NCBI GenBank assembly: GCA_014730115.1 | Contig: WJIU01000032.1 | Span: forward strand, 1 to 48,989 | Reading direction: 5' to 3' | From: Candidatus Micrarchaeota archaeon | GTDB lineage: Archaea > Micrarchaeota > Micrarchaeia > Anstonellales > Bilamarchaeaceae | Length of the DNA stretch: 48,989 nt | Part shown: one piece after another, positions 1-8,813 of the stretch | Position numbering within the stretch: the first letter of the stretch is position 1 | How the letters are laid out: every line of letters starts with the position of its first letter | Program-made: the position numbers and the translations under genes | The notes under the pieces: model-generated | What the model was told of the DNA's origin: nothing | What the model saw: only the letters and a program-made list of their open reading frames with translations | Databases searched by the model: none

Positions 1-123
1 GCCACTGAAACAACCGTAGTAAGGGAGGTTGTGGAAGGCTCCAAGATTGTGGTGGCCGGTGCAGAGAAGGAGGACACCCTCCAGGCTGCACAGGACTTCC
101 TCAGCCAGGTACAAAAAGTCTAA
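1..123 (+). CDS. 3' end of a probable S-layer protein (partial)
   Basis: Frame 1 reads ATETTVVREVVEGSKIVVAGAEKEDTLQAAQDFLSQVQKV*. The 'IVVAGxxxxDTxxAA' pattern is typical of archaeal S-layer protein C-termini. Not in the ORF track. Confidence 0.6.
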   Translation, partial: ATETTVVREVVEGSKIVVAGAEKEDTLQAAQDFLSQVQKV

Positions 124-1328
124 ACCTTTCTTTTTTCCTTTATTCTTCTTATCAGTTCATTAAGCACATCTTTTGCAAAGCCTGCTCTTGTTCTGATTGC
201 CCCTGCTTTTGCATGCCCGCCCCCTCCTTCTACAAAATCAGGCATGCTTTCCATAATGCCCCCGGCAAGCTCATTGGCGCTGAGCCCCATATCTACAGCA
301 CCAGTGCTTATTCTCAGGATAAGTGAGCGTTCGGTATGACCAATGCAAACCAGAGGGCCGTCTTTTTCTTTTTCAAAAACACTGGTGGTAATCTTGCCGG
401 CAGGGGGCCATTCTCCTTTTTTTACAATCCCTTCCAAAGGAAAAGAGATAATCCTGACTGCCCCCTCATCTGTTTTCTCCTTGGCCAGGGCCTTTTGGGT
501 GGCCTCATCTATGCTCTCCTCTGCCTGCCTGGCAATAGAAGAGAAAAGTGATTCGTTTTTCATAACCTTGCGATAGAAGGACAGGTTATTTCCGTAAGAT
601 ATGTGCGCTGCCAGAAAGTCCAGCACCATGGCCTTTTCTACGTCCTCCTTTTCCATGCCGAAAAGAGGGCTCTTGTCTCCAGCACAGGCAATCCCGGCCA
701 GTTTCCGGGCCATATCTTTTTCCATGCCACACGCAATGGCTATTTCGCATGCAAGATAGCCTGCCGGATATTTGGAGCCTTCCGGGGAATAAGCCGCGGG
801 ATTCAGCATTTCCCCGTTATTCCTGTCTCCCGGAGGGTGGTGGTCAATAATAAGAACCTCCAGCCCTGCAGCCTTTAGCAGGCTGATTGCTTCCAGTGAG
901 GCATTGTTGGAGGCAAAATCCAGCAGGATTACTACCGCTTTTCCTTCCTGCCCTATGGTGCTGATATCCCTCAGGGCATCCCTCACCGAATAAACAGCAG
1001 AGTTTTGCTGGAACGCTTTTGCGCGCAAAACATCTGTAATCGCAAACGCTCCGGAGATGCCGTCCGCATCCCCGTGAAACCGAAGCAGGATTTCCTTTCC
1101 CAGTTTTTTGGCGATAATGATTCTTGCCGCAGTTCCGGCAATCTTTGGCCAGAGTTTCTCTGTCATTTCATCCTCTACCAGCGAAGGCCCTTCCGGAAAT
1201 TCCAGCGATTTCTGTATTTTTTCTTCTACCTCTTGCTGCACCCGCTCCGCATCTTTCTCTTCCAGAACGGAAACCGAGGCGGATTCAATGCTGTTTTCCC
1301 TTGTTTCGCCCCGAACTGCTACTGCCAT
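120..1328 (-). CDS. DHH/DHHA1 family phosphoesterase (archaeal RecJ-like nuclease); true start may be CTG at 1442
   Basis: Motifs HGDADG, LLDFAS, IIDHH, AGD and C-terminal DHHA1 GGGHAKAGA. Confidence 0.8.
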   Translation of the reverse strand: MAVAVRGETRENSIESASVSVLEEKDAERVQQEVEEKIQKSLEFPEGPSLVEDEMTEKLWPKIAGTAARIIIAKKLGKEILLRFHGDADGISGAFAITDVLRAKAFQQNSAVYSVRDALRDISTIGQEGKAVVILLDFASNNASLEAISLLKAAGLEVLIIDHHPPGDRNNGEMLNPAAYSPEGSKYPAGYLACEIAIACGMEKDMARKLAGIACAGDKSPLFGMEKEDVEKAMVLDFLAAHISYGNNLSFYRKVMKNESLFSSIARQAEESIDEATQKALAKEKTDEGAVRIISFPLEGIVKKGEWPPAGKITTSVFEKEKDGPLVCIGHTERSLILRISTGAVDMGLSANELAGGIMESMPDFVEGGGGHAKAGAIRTRAGFAKDVLNELIRRIKEKRKV

Positions 1329-1435
1329 TCCGCGCCCCAGATGCTCATCGGTTCGAAAGCTGTATTCCTGCTCTCCGTCACTAAGCCTGTAGGTGCGCTT
1401 TCCCCTGTCGTATACTGTCCTGGTTATGATTCCTT

Positions 1436-2059
1436 CTACCAGACAATCACCCTGATCCGGTCCCCGTCTCTTTTTTCCAGCTGTTTCCTGATGTTAAATG
1501 GGCACACTATCTCCAGTATTTTCGGGCCATGGTGGGTCCTGAGCGGTATAAGAATCGCACAGTCGTGCCCTTCCAGCCGACATTTGTAGGCAAACAGGTC
1601 TCCATATGCCCTGTCATTTTCCTTGAAGCCCGTGATTACCACCGGCTCCAGCCTGAGCAGCTGCTCTCTTTTTTTCAGGTTGGAAAGTTTTATGTTGAGG
1701 GTGCCGGGATACGGTTCAAACCCCAGCTTTTTCCTCATCTGTTTTCTGTAGCCTTCCAGCTTGAGATAGTATCCGCCTTCGCCCCTTCCTTTTGTCACAG
1801 TCCCTTCTATCTCCAGCTCGCCTTCCTCAAACACCTTTTTCAGGCTCAGGTGCAGTCCGGAGATTTCATTTATCGCCTTTTTGGTGAGCCGGGTGCCCTG
1901 CCTAAGCCGTTTTACATATCCCTGTTTTTCCAAAAGCTGCAGCCGGCGGGATGCATTCTGCTGGGACATTCCCAGAGTTTCCCCGATTTCTATGGTGGTT
2001 ACCGGGACTGGCTGCAGGTGGGCCTTTTTCTTGAACAGGAAAAGCAGGACATCATCCAT
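1436..2059 (-). CDS. ribK: CTP-dependent riboflavin kinase with N-terminal winged HTH (RbkR-type)
   Basis: HTH 'EIGETLGMSQQNASRRLQLLEKQGYV'; kinase motifs GxGEGxYY, LGFEPYPGTLN, RTHH..LEI. Start taken at MDDVLL. Confidence 0.9.
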   Translation of the reverse strand: MDDVLLFLFKKKAHLQPVPVTTIEIGETLGMSQQNASRRLQLLEKQGYVKRLRQGTRLTKKAINEISGLHLSLKKVFEEGELEIEGTVTKGRGEGGYYLKLEGYRKQMRKKLGFEPYPGTLNIKLSNLKKREQLLRLEPVVITGFKENDRAYGDLFAYKCRLEGHDCAILIPLRTHHGPKILEIVCPFNIRKQLEKRDGDRIRVIVW

Positions 2060-2068
2060 TTTCTCTGG

Positions 2069-2097
2069 ATTTAATAAGCATGCCAACAATATTAAAT
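2069..2097. promoter_or_regulatory. Divergent TATA boxes for ribK and the methyltransferase
   Basis: ATTTAATA (2069-2076) and its reverse complement TATTAAAT (2090-2097) lie in a 40-bp gap, each about 24-31 nt before an ATG, consistent with leaderless mRNAs. Confidence 0.55.
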
Positions 2098-2099
2098 AC

Positions 2100-2687
2100 A
2101 TGGAATTTATTTTTGACAGCCTCAGCCTGCAGGTGCCTGGGCAGGTTTACCAGCCGGCAGAGGATTCCTTTCTGCTTGCGGAAGCAGCAAAAGATTGCAG
2201 GGGAAGGGTGCTTGAAATGGGCTGCGGCTGCGGGCTTGCGTCCCTGGTTGCGGCAAAAAATGCAGAGCATGCCACCGGGGCAGACATTAATCCCCTGGCG
2301 GTCCGGTGTGCAGGAAAAAACGCAGAGCTGAACAACATCACCAATGCCGATTTTGTGGAAAGCGACTTGTTTTCTGCAGTTAACGGAAGTTTTGACACAA
2401 TCCTGTTTAATCCGCCTTATCTCCCTACCAGGAAAGGTGAGAAACTGCCGGGGAGGCTCAACCGTGCCTTTGATGGCGGAAGCGATGGAAGAAGCATTAT
2501 CGACCGTTTTCTGCAGGATTTTGATTCCCGCCTTGCCCCCCCGGGAAGACTGTACCTTGTCCAGAGCAGCGCAAACAACCCTGAAAAAACGTTCTCCCTG
2601 CTCAGGGAAAAAGGATTCTCTGCGGAGGCCGCCAAAAGACAGGACTTCTTTTTTGAGCATCTTTTGCTGCTCCGGGCAAAAAGGTAG
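2100..2687 (+). CDS. HemK2/MTQ2-like class I SAM methyltransferase (release factor Gln methylase family)
   Basis: VYQPAEDSFLL, VLEMGCGCG, DINP, FNPPY, DGGxDG motifs. Start at MEFIF. Confidence 0.85.
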   Translation: MEFIFDSLSLQVPGQVYQPAEDSFLLAEAAKDCRGRVLEMGCGCGLASLVAAKNAEHATGADINPLAVRCAGKNAELNNITNADFVESDLFSAVNGSFDTILFNPPYLPTRKGEKLPGRLNRAFDGGSDGRSIIDRFLQDFDSRLAPPGRLYLVQSSANNPEKTFSLLREKGFSAEAAKRQDFFFEHLLLLRAKR

Positions 2688-2716
2688 ATTTATATCCCCG
2701 GCCTGAGTGATTTATG

Positions 2717-2786
2717 CGGGATGATGACATGAACAACCTCTGAGGCCTCCTACAGGCCGGTGATGAAGTCAACAGCGTCTGACCAT
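2717..2786 (+). ncRNA. Box C/D guide sRNA
   Basis: C box ATGATGA 2721-2727; 12-nt guide; D' CTGA 2740-2743; hairpin GGCCT/AGGCC; C' GTGATGA 2760-2766; 12-nt guide; D CTGA 2779-2782; upstream TTTATAT and downstream T-tract. Confidence 0.8.
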
Positions 2787-2900
2787 CTTTTTGTGGATTG
2801 GCCGTTTTTCCATCCGGCATTTCTCTGCACCCCACACACAAAAATCACGGTTGCAACAAAACACCAAGCTTTTAATTCCTTTTTAACCATAAAAAATAAC

Positions 2901-3368
2901 ATGAAACGCTTGAATCTTCAAAAAATCTCACCTGAAAGAAGGCAGAAAGTGGCCCGTTTTCTGGGCAAGCAGGTCAGAAATCTAAAAAGGGATTTCCCCA
3001 CCCGCTGGGCTTCAGCCATGAAAGAGGGCCTGCTGTTGCTTGCAGACCCCAAGAGGCCCCCCGCATATGAAGTAGCAAGGTCCTATGATGATGCAGTGGT
3101 CAGGGTTTTCTGCGATTTCGGGAAAGGGGCAAGGCCCAAGGCTGCACTTTCAAGAGATGAGGCTGCGTTTCTCAGCCAGCTACAGACCGAGCTTGAGAGG
3201 CGCGTAGACGGCGCGACTACACTGGGCAAGGCCCTGGAAACCGCTTCCTCCCTCCTTCTTAACGGTAGGTGCCCGAACAATGGCACGGTCGCCCGGGATG
3301 TTCTGGAGCCGGTTCTTGGGGTATTGGGAAGGCTTGACCTGTCCGTGGCGCAGACCAGGCTGGTCTGA
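2901..3368 (+). CDS. Hypothetical protein
   Basis: ATG after an AT-rich promoter-like tract; 155-aa ORF with no recognised motif. Confidence 0.6.
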   Translation: MKRLNLQKISPERRQKVARFLGKQVRNLKRDFPTRWASAMKEGLLLLADPKRPPAYEVARSYDDAVVRVFCDFGKGARPKAALSRDEAAFLSQLQTELERRVDGATTLGKALETASSLLLNGRCPNNGTVARDVLEPVLGVLGRLDLSVAQTRLV

Positions 3369-3410
3369 CAGAAACCGTTTAAATTTTTCTTTACTGAATT
3401 CGCATTTATT

Positions 3411-3656
3411 ATGCCGGACATGTATAATGTTTCAGAAAAGCTTCAGGGTGCGGGCATCTCCGAGCACGATGCCCTGGTCATTGCTGATTGTGTTGTTACC
3501 AGGAAGTCATGCTCCTGGGTCAACAGTGACCCGGTAGACGAAAGGGTTCTTCAGGACCTCAATGACCTGATTGAAAAAGAAGGCTACAAGGTCAGGGTCG
3601 AGGTTCAGCCGGTGCCGACAAGGAGCAAGTTCATCTGGGAAGTAAAGATTCTCTGA
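3411..3656 (+). CDS. Hypothetical protein (start 3411 or 3420)
   Basis: Fills the gap between genes, plausible composition, upstream TTTAAA. Confidence 0.65.
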   Translation: MPDMYNVSEKLQGAGISEHDALVIADCVVTRKSCSWVNSDPVDERVLQDLNDLIEKEGYKVRVEVQPVPTRSKFIWEVKIL

Positions 3657-3700
3657 GCCTTTTTGCATAGTTTAATATATTTCGCCAGAGTCGAAAAACC

Positions 3701-4090
3701 ATGAGACCATTTGCTTGTGATGGAATACTGATAGAGGATGACAGGCTGCTTCTGGTACGCCGCGCTGCCGAGCCTTTCAAAGGGGAATGGGCCCTCCCCG
3801 GCGGGAGAATTGATGACAATGAAGATGCCCTGCAGTGCCTGAAGCGTGAGATGCAGGAGGAAACAGGGCTGGAAGTGGAGCCGGTGATGTTTGTGGGCAT
3901 TTATTCAGACCCGGAAAGGGACCCCCGCAGGGTCATAGCAGCTGCCTATCTGGTAAAAAGAGTAAAGGGCGAGCCGGTCGGGGGGGATGATGCCGAGTTG
4001 GCAAAATGGTTTAAGCTGGACGGACTTCCGCCTCTTTGCGCTGACCATGAAAAAATAGTTAAGGACGCACTTATCCTTTATTCTCAATAA
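3701..4090 (+). CDS. NUDIX hydrolase
   Basis: WALPGG plus Nudix box 'GRIDDNEDALQCLKREMQEETGL', YSDPERDPR, GDDA. Confidence 0.9.
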   Translation: MRPFACDGILIEDDRLLLVRRAAEPFKGEWALPGGRIDDNEDALQCLKREMQEETGLEVEPVMFVGIYSDPERDPRRVIAAAYLVKRVKGEPVGGDDAELAKWFKLDGLPPLCADHEKIVKDALILYSQ

Positions 4091-4595
4091 GTGCAAGGTC
4101 CCCCAGGCTGACCATCTCTTCTTCTGCCCTCGCCTGTGCTGCAGCCTCTTTTCTTGCAGCTACCCGGATGGCCTTGTTTTCCTCATAGAGCTTCCGGAGT
4201 TCGTCCCGGATGTCCTTGAGCTCCACTTCTATTTTGCCGATTTCGCCCTCCCCTTCTTTGATGTCCTGCTCCACATACCTTATCTTTCGGCGAGCCCTTT
4301 CAACTTCCTTGACTTCATTCAGCTTGTCGTCTATCTTGCGGAGCTCCTTGATGAGCTCCTTTTCCATACGGGGAGTGAACGCTGCAGTGGAAATCTTGAA
4401 TTCAAGCGACCTTTTCCTTTTCCGGTAGGGTGCAATCTTTACATCCTTGGTCTGCTCCAGGAAGGGTTGCAGCGCTTTCTGCTCGTACTTCTTGTACCGT
4501 ATCCTCCGGTTGAGCTGCTTGATTCTGTCAATCAGCTTCGCCTTCCTGGCCTCCAGTTCGTCAATCCTTGTCTTGAGTTCATCTTCTGATTCCAT
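4071..4595 (-). CDS. Archaeal coiled-coil protein
   Basis: E/K/R-rich heptad pattern; 'LEFKIST..EKELIKEL' resembles the conserved archaeal coiled-coil family. Start MESEDEL. Confidence 0.7.
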   Translation of the reverse strand: MESEDELKTRIDELEARKAKLIDRIKQLNRRIRYKKYEQKALQPFLEQTKDVKIAPYRKRKRSLEFKISTAAFTPRMEKELIKELRKIDDKLNEVKEVERARRKIRYVEQDIKEGEGEIGKIEVELKDIRDELRKLYEENKAIRVAARKEAAAQARAEEEMVSLGDLALIENKG

Positions 4596-4668
4596 ACAGA
4601 CCACAGAAATGAAAATGAGTGTAAACCATCTTTCCATTATTCAGGACAAATGATTTAAAAGTATATCT

Positions 4669-5745
4669 CTAAGGCTTCTGAATGTCGAATTCCAGCAGGA
4701 TGTCTTCCCCACACTTCTTTGTTTTAAGGTTTTTCAGACGGATTGCGTCGGACATTCTCTGGATTCCTTTCCCGCCAACCACTCCTTTTGCGTTTCTCCC
4801 GCCGATGATTTTCGGGGCAACAAAAAGGTAGAGCCTGTCCACAATTCCGTCTTCCAGCGCCGAGGCGTTCAGTTCGCTTCCCCCTTCTATAAGTATTTTC
4901 TTTATGCCCATTGCCCCAAGGGACTGCACAAGCTCCTTCATGCCAACCCTGTTTTTTCCCAGCACAAAGACATGGGCAAGCTTTCTGATGATTTCAACCT
5001 TTCTTTTTGCAGCCCTTCCGGTCGTTGCGACAATGGTCTTCCGGTCCTTGTTCTTCAAGACCTTTGCATCGGCTGAAATGCAGAAATCGCCGTCTACAAT
5101 TACCCTCCAGGGGTCTTTCTTGCCTTTGATTCTTGCAGTAAGCTTCGGGTCATCGGAATTCACCGTTCCTGCACCGACCATCACTGCGTCAAATTCGCTC
5201 CTCATGCGGTGTGCCTCTTTCCTGGATTCCTTTCCGGATATCCACTTGGAATCCCCTGTCCGGGTTGCGGTTCTGCCGTCTGCGCTCATGGCCATCTTAA
5301 TTGCAACAAACGGCTTCCTGTTGATATGTTCCAGATACCTGCTGTTTATTTTTCGGGCGTCTTTCTCCTTGGAGGGACCGGCTACCTCAACTCCTGCTTT
5401 TTTGAGTTCCTCCTCTCCGTTTACCATGGGATTGGGGTCCTTCATCGCAAACACGACCTTTTTTACGCCTTTTTCAATGATTGAGCGGGTGCAGGGCGGC
5501 GTCCTTTTGCCGGAATGGGAGCACGGCTCCAGGGTAACATATAGGGTTGAGCCTTCTGCATTATTTCCTGCACGTTGAAGGGCAACGATTTCTGCGTGCG
5601 GGGTGCCGGGCCTGCGGTGATATCCCTTCCCTATGATTTTTCCGTTTTTCACAATCACTGCGCCCACCCTTGGGTTTGGAAATGGCTGGGCCTTTTTTGC
5701 AAGCTTCAGGGCAAGCCCCATGTAGTCTTCCATCGGTATACTCAT
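4669..5745 (-). CDS. ribD: Bifunctional diaminohydroxyphosphoribosylaminopyrimidine deaminase/reductase
   Basis: PNPRVGAVIV, HAE, TLEPCSH..TPPC zinc motif; reductase SKWIS, DDPKLT, IEGG. Confidence 0.95.
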   Translation of the reverse strand: MSIPMEDYMGLALKLAKKAQPFPNPRVGAVIVKNGKIIGKGYHRRPGTPHAEIVALQRAGNNAEGSTLYVTLEPCSHSGKRTPPCTRSIIEKGVKKVVFAMKDPNPMVNGEEELKKAGVEVAGPSKEKDARKINSRYLEHINRKPFVAIKMAMSADGRTATRTGDSKWISGKESRKEAHRMRSEFDAVMVGAGTVNSDDPKLTARIKGKKDPWRVIVDGDFCISADAKVLKNKDRKTIVATTGRAAKRKVEIIRKLAHVFVLGKNRVGMKELVQSLGAMGIKKILIEGGSELNASALEDGIVDRLYLFVAPKIIGGRNAKGVVGGKGIQRMSDAIRLKNLKTKKCGEDILLEFDIQKP

Positions 5746-5777
5746 AGCCTTATAAGTTTTAATTGTGTTTTGAAGGC

Positions 5778-6659
5778 ATGAGACCCGGAATGCCCCTCCT
5801 TGTGCTTTTGCTTTCGTTCATGCTTGGATGTGTGGAGATTCCGGACCAGATTGATTTGACCCGGGTGAAAGGTGCGCTGGAGGAAGAGCCTGAGCCGCTG
5901 CCCGGGGACATGGCAAGATACTTCTCTCTGAAAAACCAGTCCTGCGATACCCTTTCCGGCAATTTCCTAATTGTTACCAGAGACCTGTCGCAGGGCTCGG
6001 TGCAGGGGCTGCTGGAAACAGTTCAGGGCGAAAGGGAAGTCGCGGAGGATGTTATTGGCGGCTATACCTTCAACCAGACCACCCGGACTTATGTCAGGGG
6101 AGACATGATGAAAATCGCAGTTGAGGAAGGGGGCATGGAAACATCGGTGATGTGGAAGAACGGAAGGATATACAACTGCACACCGGACTGCACCATGAGG
6201 GCAATGGACCAGAATGACTCTGATAAATATTATGAAAGGCTGGACCGGATAAAAAACAACTGCGCATACTTTGGAAAGACCAGGCTTCCCGAGGAAGCTG
6301 GGATTGAAAAACTCCTGGATATAGGATACACCGGAAGGGTGGACACTGCCAGTTTCAGGTGCGACAACTTCCTGATTTCCGCCAACAAGACTTATGCCCG
6401 GGAGATTCTCAATTCATCAAGCAACCTTACTTCCAGGCAGGAGGCCCTTCTGTGGGGGTTGGTGCATCTGGACGGGCCGGTGACAGAATGCCTGGATGAA
6501 AGCACCGGCATAATCGCTTACCGCAACCTGACCCTTGACCTTACCGAAGCATATCTTTTCAGCTACGGGCCCGGCGGCTATATGAAAATCTTCCAGGAAA
6601 CAGAGCTGGAATACTTTACCGAAGACGTTCCTGAAACCTATTTCGGGCTTGAAAACTAG
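5778..6659 (+). CDS. Hypothetical lipoprotein
   Basis: Hydrophobic signal ending LGC; several Cys and N-x-S/T sequons. Start is uncertain (5778 or 5790). Confidence 0.7.
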   Translation: MRPGMPLLVLLLSFMLGCVEIPDQIDLTRVKGALEEEPEPLPGDMARYFSLKNQSCDTLSGNFLIVTRDLSQGSVQGLLETVQGEREVAEDVIGGYTFNQTTRTYVRGDMMKIAVEEGGMETSVMWKNGRIYNCTPDCTMRAMDQNDSDKYYERLDRIKNNCAYFGKTRLPEEAGIEKLLDIGYTGRVDTASFRCDNFLISANKTYAREILNSSSNLTSRQEALLWGLVHLDGPVTECLDESTGIIAYRNLTLDLTEAYLFSYGPGGYMKIFQETELEYFTEDVPETYFGLEN

Positions 6660-7231
6660 AGCTGGTGGTTCATCTTCTCCTTTTTGGTCTGGAGATATCT
6701 TTCATTGTATTCAGTGGGTTCTACCACCAGGGGAATTCTTTCCACAACTCCAATCCCATGCTTTTCCAGGTCCTTTACCTTGCCGGGATTGTTGGTTATC
6801 AGCTTGACCTTTTTTATGCCCAGGGAGCGGAGGATGTCCGCGGCAGGGCCATAATCCCTGAGGTCGTCTGCAAAGCCGAGCTCCAGGTTTGCTTCAACCG
6901 TGTCCCTGCCCCGGTCCTGAAGCTCGTAAGCCCTTATCTTGTTGGCAAGGCCTATTCCCCTTCCTTCCTGGTCCAGGTAAATGAATATGCCGCATTCCTC
7001 GCCCGAGAGGTATTCCAGCGCCGCTTCCAGCTGCTGCCTGCAGTCGCACCGGAGGGAGCCGAAGGTGTCTCCGGTGAGGCATTTGGAATGTATCCTGACC
7101 GGCACCTCCTGGTGGCGCTCATGGGCACACCGGACCAAAGCAATGTGCTCGCTTCCGTCGTCATCAACAAAGGCATGTATTCGGTACATCCCGGACCTTA
7201 GGGGAAAGTCCGCCTCTGCGATTTTTTTCAT
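6656..7231 (-). CDS. ribA: GTP cyclohydrolase II
   Basis: VRIHSKCLTGDTFGSLRCDC, QEGRGIGLANKIRAYELQD, LITNNP. Confidence 0.95.
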   Translation of the reverse strand: MKKIAEADFPLRSGMYRIHAFVDDDGSEHIALVRCAHERHQEVPVRIHSKCLTGDTFGSLRCDCRQQLEAALEYLSGEECGIFIYLDQEGRGIGLANKIRAYELQDRGRDTVEANLELGFADDLRDYGPAADILRSLGIKKVKLITNNPGKVKDLEKHGIGVVERIPLVVEPTEYNERYLQTKKEKMNHQL

Positions 7232-7232
7232 T

Positions 7233-8105
7233 TTAATCCCTCAGCGTTTTTATGCTGTGCAGAACTGCCTTTACCGAGCGGATTGCATATTCCTCTGCGC
7301 GCTCCTCTGCTGTTTCCCAGTCGGCATCGTGCCCTATTATTCCAAGGGCCACCGGCTTGCTGAATTCCAGGGAAAGCTCCCCCAGCCTCTTGGCTGAATC
7401 CTCTGCGATTACCTTGTCATGGGCGGTGTCTCCCTTTACCACTGCTCCCAGTGCAACCACGCCATCAACCATTTTGTCCATCAAAAGTTTCTTGACAAGC
7501 AGCGGCATATCGTAAGCACCAGGAGCTGCCAGCACCATGTATTCAATTCCTTCGCCTTCAAGCTCCTCCCTGGCCTTTTCCTCCATCATGGATGTTATTT
7601 CCCCATTAGTTTTTCCTACCACTACCGCAACCTTTATCCCCAGGTCCTCTTCTATCGGCCCTTCGTCTTCCTTGCCCTGCCTTACCCCCCTGCCGGCGTT
7701 CTTTATCAGTTCGTCCGGCCTTTCCACCAGCAGGACTGCGTTATGCGCATGCTTTCTGACCCGGTTGTTGCAGATTTCAACAAACTCCTTTGCGCTCCAG
7801 GCCTCGTTTTCATGCACAAAAACCTCCACAATGTGCTTGCCGGCCATGAGCTTGGCCTGCTGGATTCCCAAAGACGCTTCGTGTGCGCACTGGGTGTCAA
7901 TAGGCGCTCCGCCCACCATGCCGAGTGCAAGGCAGCTGTCACACCCATCATCCAGCAGCTTTTTGCATTCCACCGGCAGGTCCTTTACCCCCGGCACGGT
8001 GGTTCTCCTGATTTGGGCATCCGGAAAGCTGCCCTTCACTTCCTCAATAGCAATATCGCCCATGTTCACCCTTGAGAACATGGTGTCCACAATTCCCAGT
8101 TTCAT
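7233..8105 (-). CDS. ribC: Fusion of archaeal riboflavin synthase (RibC) and 6,7-dimethyl-8-ribityllumazine synthase (RibH)
   Basis: N half: GIVDTMFSRVNMG, TVPGVKDLPVECKKL, CAHEAS, EVFVHE. C half: PGAYDMP, DGVVALGAVVKGDTAHD, KPVALGIIG. No stop codon between the halves. Confidence 0.9.
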   Translation of the reverse strand: MKLGIVDTMFSRVNMGDIAIEEVKGSFPDAQIRRTTVPGVKDLPVECKKLLDDGCDSCLALGMVGGAPIDTQCAHEASLGIQQAKLMAGKHIVEVFVHENEAWSAKEFVEICNNRVRKHAHNAVLLVERPDELIKNAGRGVRQGKEDEGPIEEDLGIKVAVVVGKTNGEITSMMEEKAREELEGEGIEYMVLAAPGAYDMPLLVKKLLMDKMVDGVVALGAVVKGDTAHDKVIAEDSAKRLGELSLEFSKPVALGIIGHDADWETAEERAEEYAIRSVKAVLHSIKTLRD

Positions 8106-8752
8106 TTCAACCACTCAACAATCTCTTTTCCTTCCAGAAAAGGACAGCCATTTTTTTCTGCATATTCTTTTGCATTTTCCTTGGAAAGCGCCTTTCCGCT
8201 TCCCAGCATTTCGCAGAGCACCATCATTCCTTTCATGCCTGCAGCATTGGCTAAGGCGAGGGCAAGCTCGGTGTGCCCCTGCCTGTTTCTGATTCCCCTG
8301 CCGATGAGCAGGAACACATGGCCGGGCGAATAGAAATCCCTTATCAGCCCTTCTTTCAAATCTCCCCGGTTCTCAGCAAGCTCAGCCATTTTCCTGATTG
8401 TCATGGCCCGGTCGTTGTCTGTTATTCCGGTGTACACCCCCCTGTTGTTTACTGCAATAGCAAAAGAAGGCCTGTCCTTGTATGCTGTCTTGGTGCATTC
8501 CATTGCCTTTATATCAAAACCAGAGCCCGACAGGATCTCGGTATAGAAAGGCAGGCCCATTCTGTCTGCAATGTCCTTTTCTATGGCCAGGCAGATTAAC
8601 CCGCCGGCATCCTTCCTGAGGGTTTCGATTTTTTCAGGAGCCGCAAAGCCGGCATGGAAGACCATGTCCGCCTCCCCCTCGCGTCCATCCCCGTCATATA
8701 TTACTGCAACCCCGCCTTTCCTGAGCCGGGCTGCTGCTTTTTCTATATCCAT
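8102..8752 (-). CDS. ribB: 3,4-dihydroxy-2-butanone-4-phosphate synthase
   Basis: YDGDGREGEAD, GGLIC, TGITDNDRA, PGHV, RQGHTE, CEM. Confidence 0.93.
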   Translation of the reverse strand: MDIEKAAARLRKGGVAVIYDGDGREGEADMVFHAGFAAPEKIETLRKDAGGLICLAIEKDIADRMGLPFYTEILSGSGFDIKAMECTKTAYKDRPSFAIAVNNRGVYTGITDNDRAMTIRKMAELAENRGDLKEGLIRDFYSPGHVFLLIGRGIRNRQGHTELALALANAAGMKGMMVLCEMLGSGKALSKENAKEYAEKNGCPFLEGKEIVEWLK

Positions 8753-8813
8753 AAAAACCTGTTTGTTTAGCCCAATCCAGGTATTTATAGCTACCTACCA
8801 GTTTCCTGGTAGC

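Noticed and set aside
2602-2841. 79-aa minus-strand ORF across the sRNA, and the 2760 start for the following + ORF
   Set aside because: No protein-like features; the C/D box structure explains the region, and the + gene has a better start at 2901.
8753-8813. FMN riboswitch ahead of the rib genes
   Set aside because: The intergenic space is only about 60 nt and lacks RFN consensus elements.
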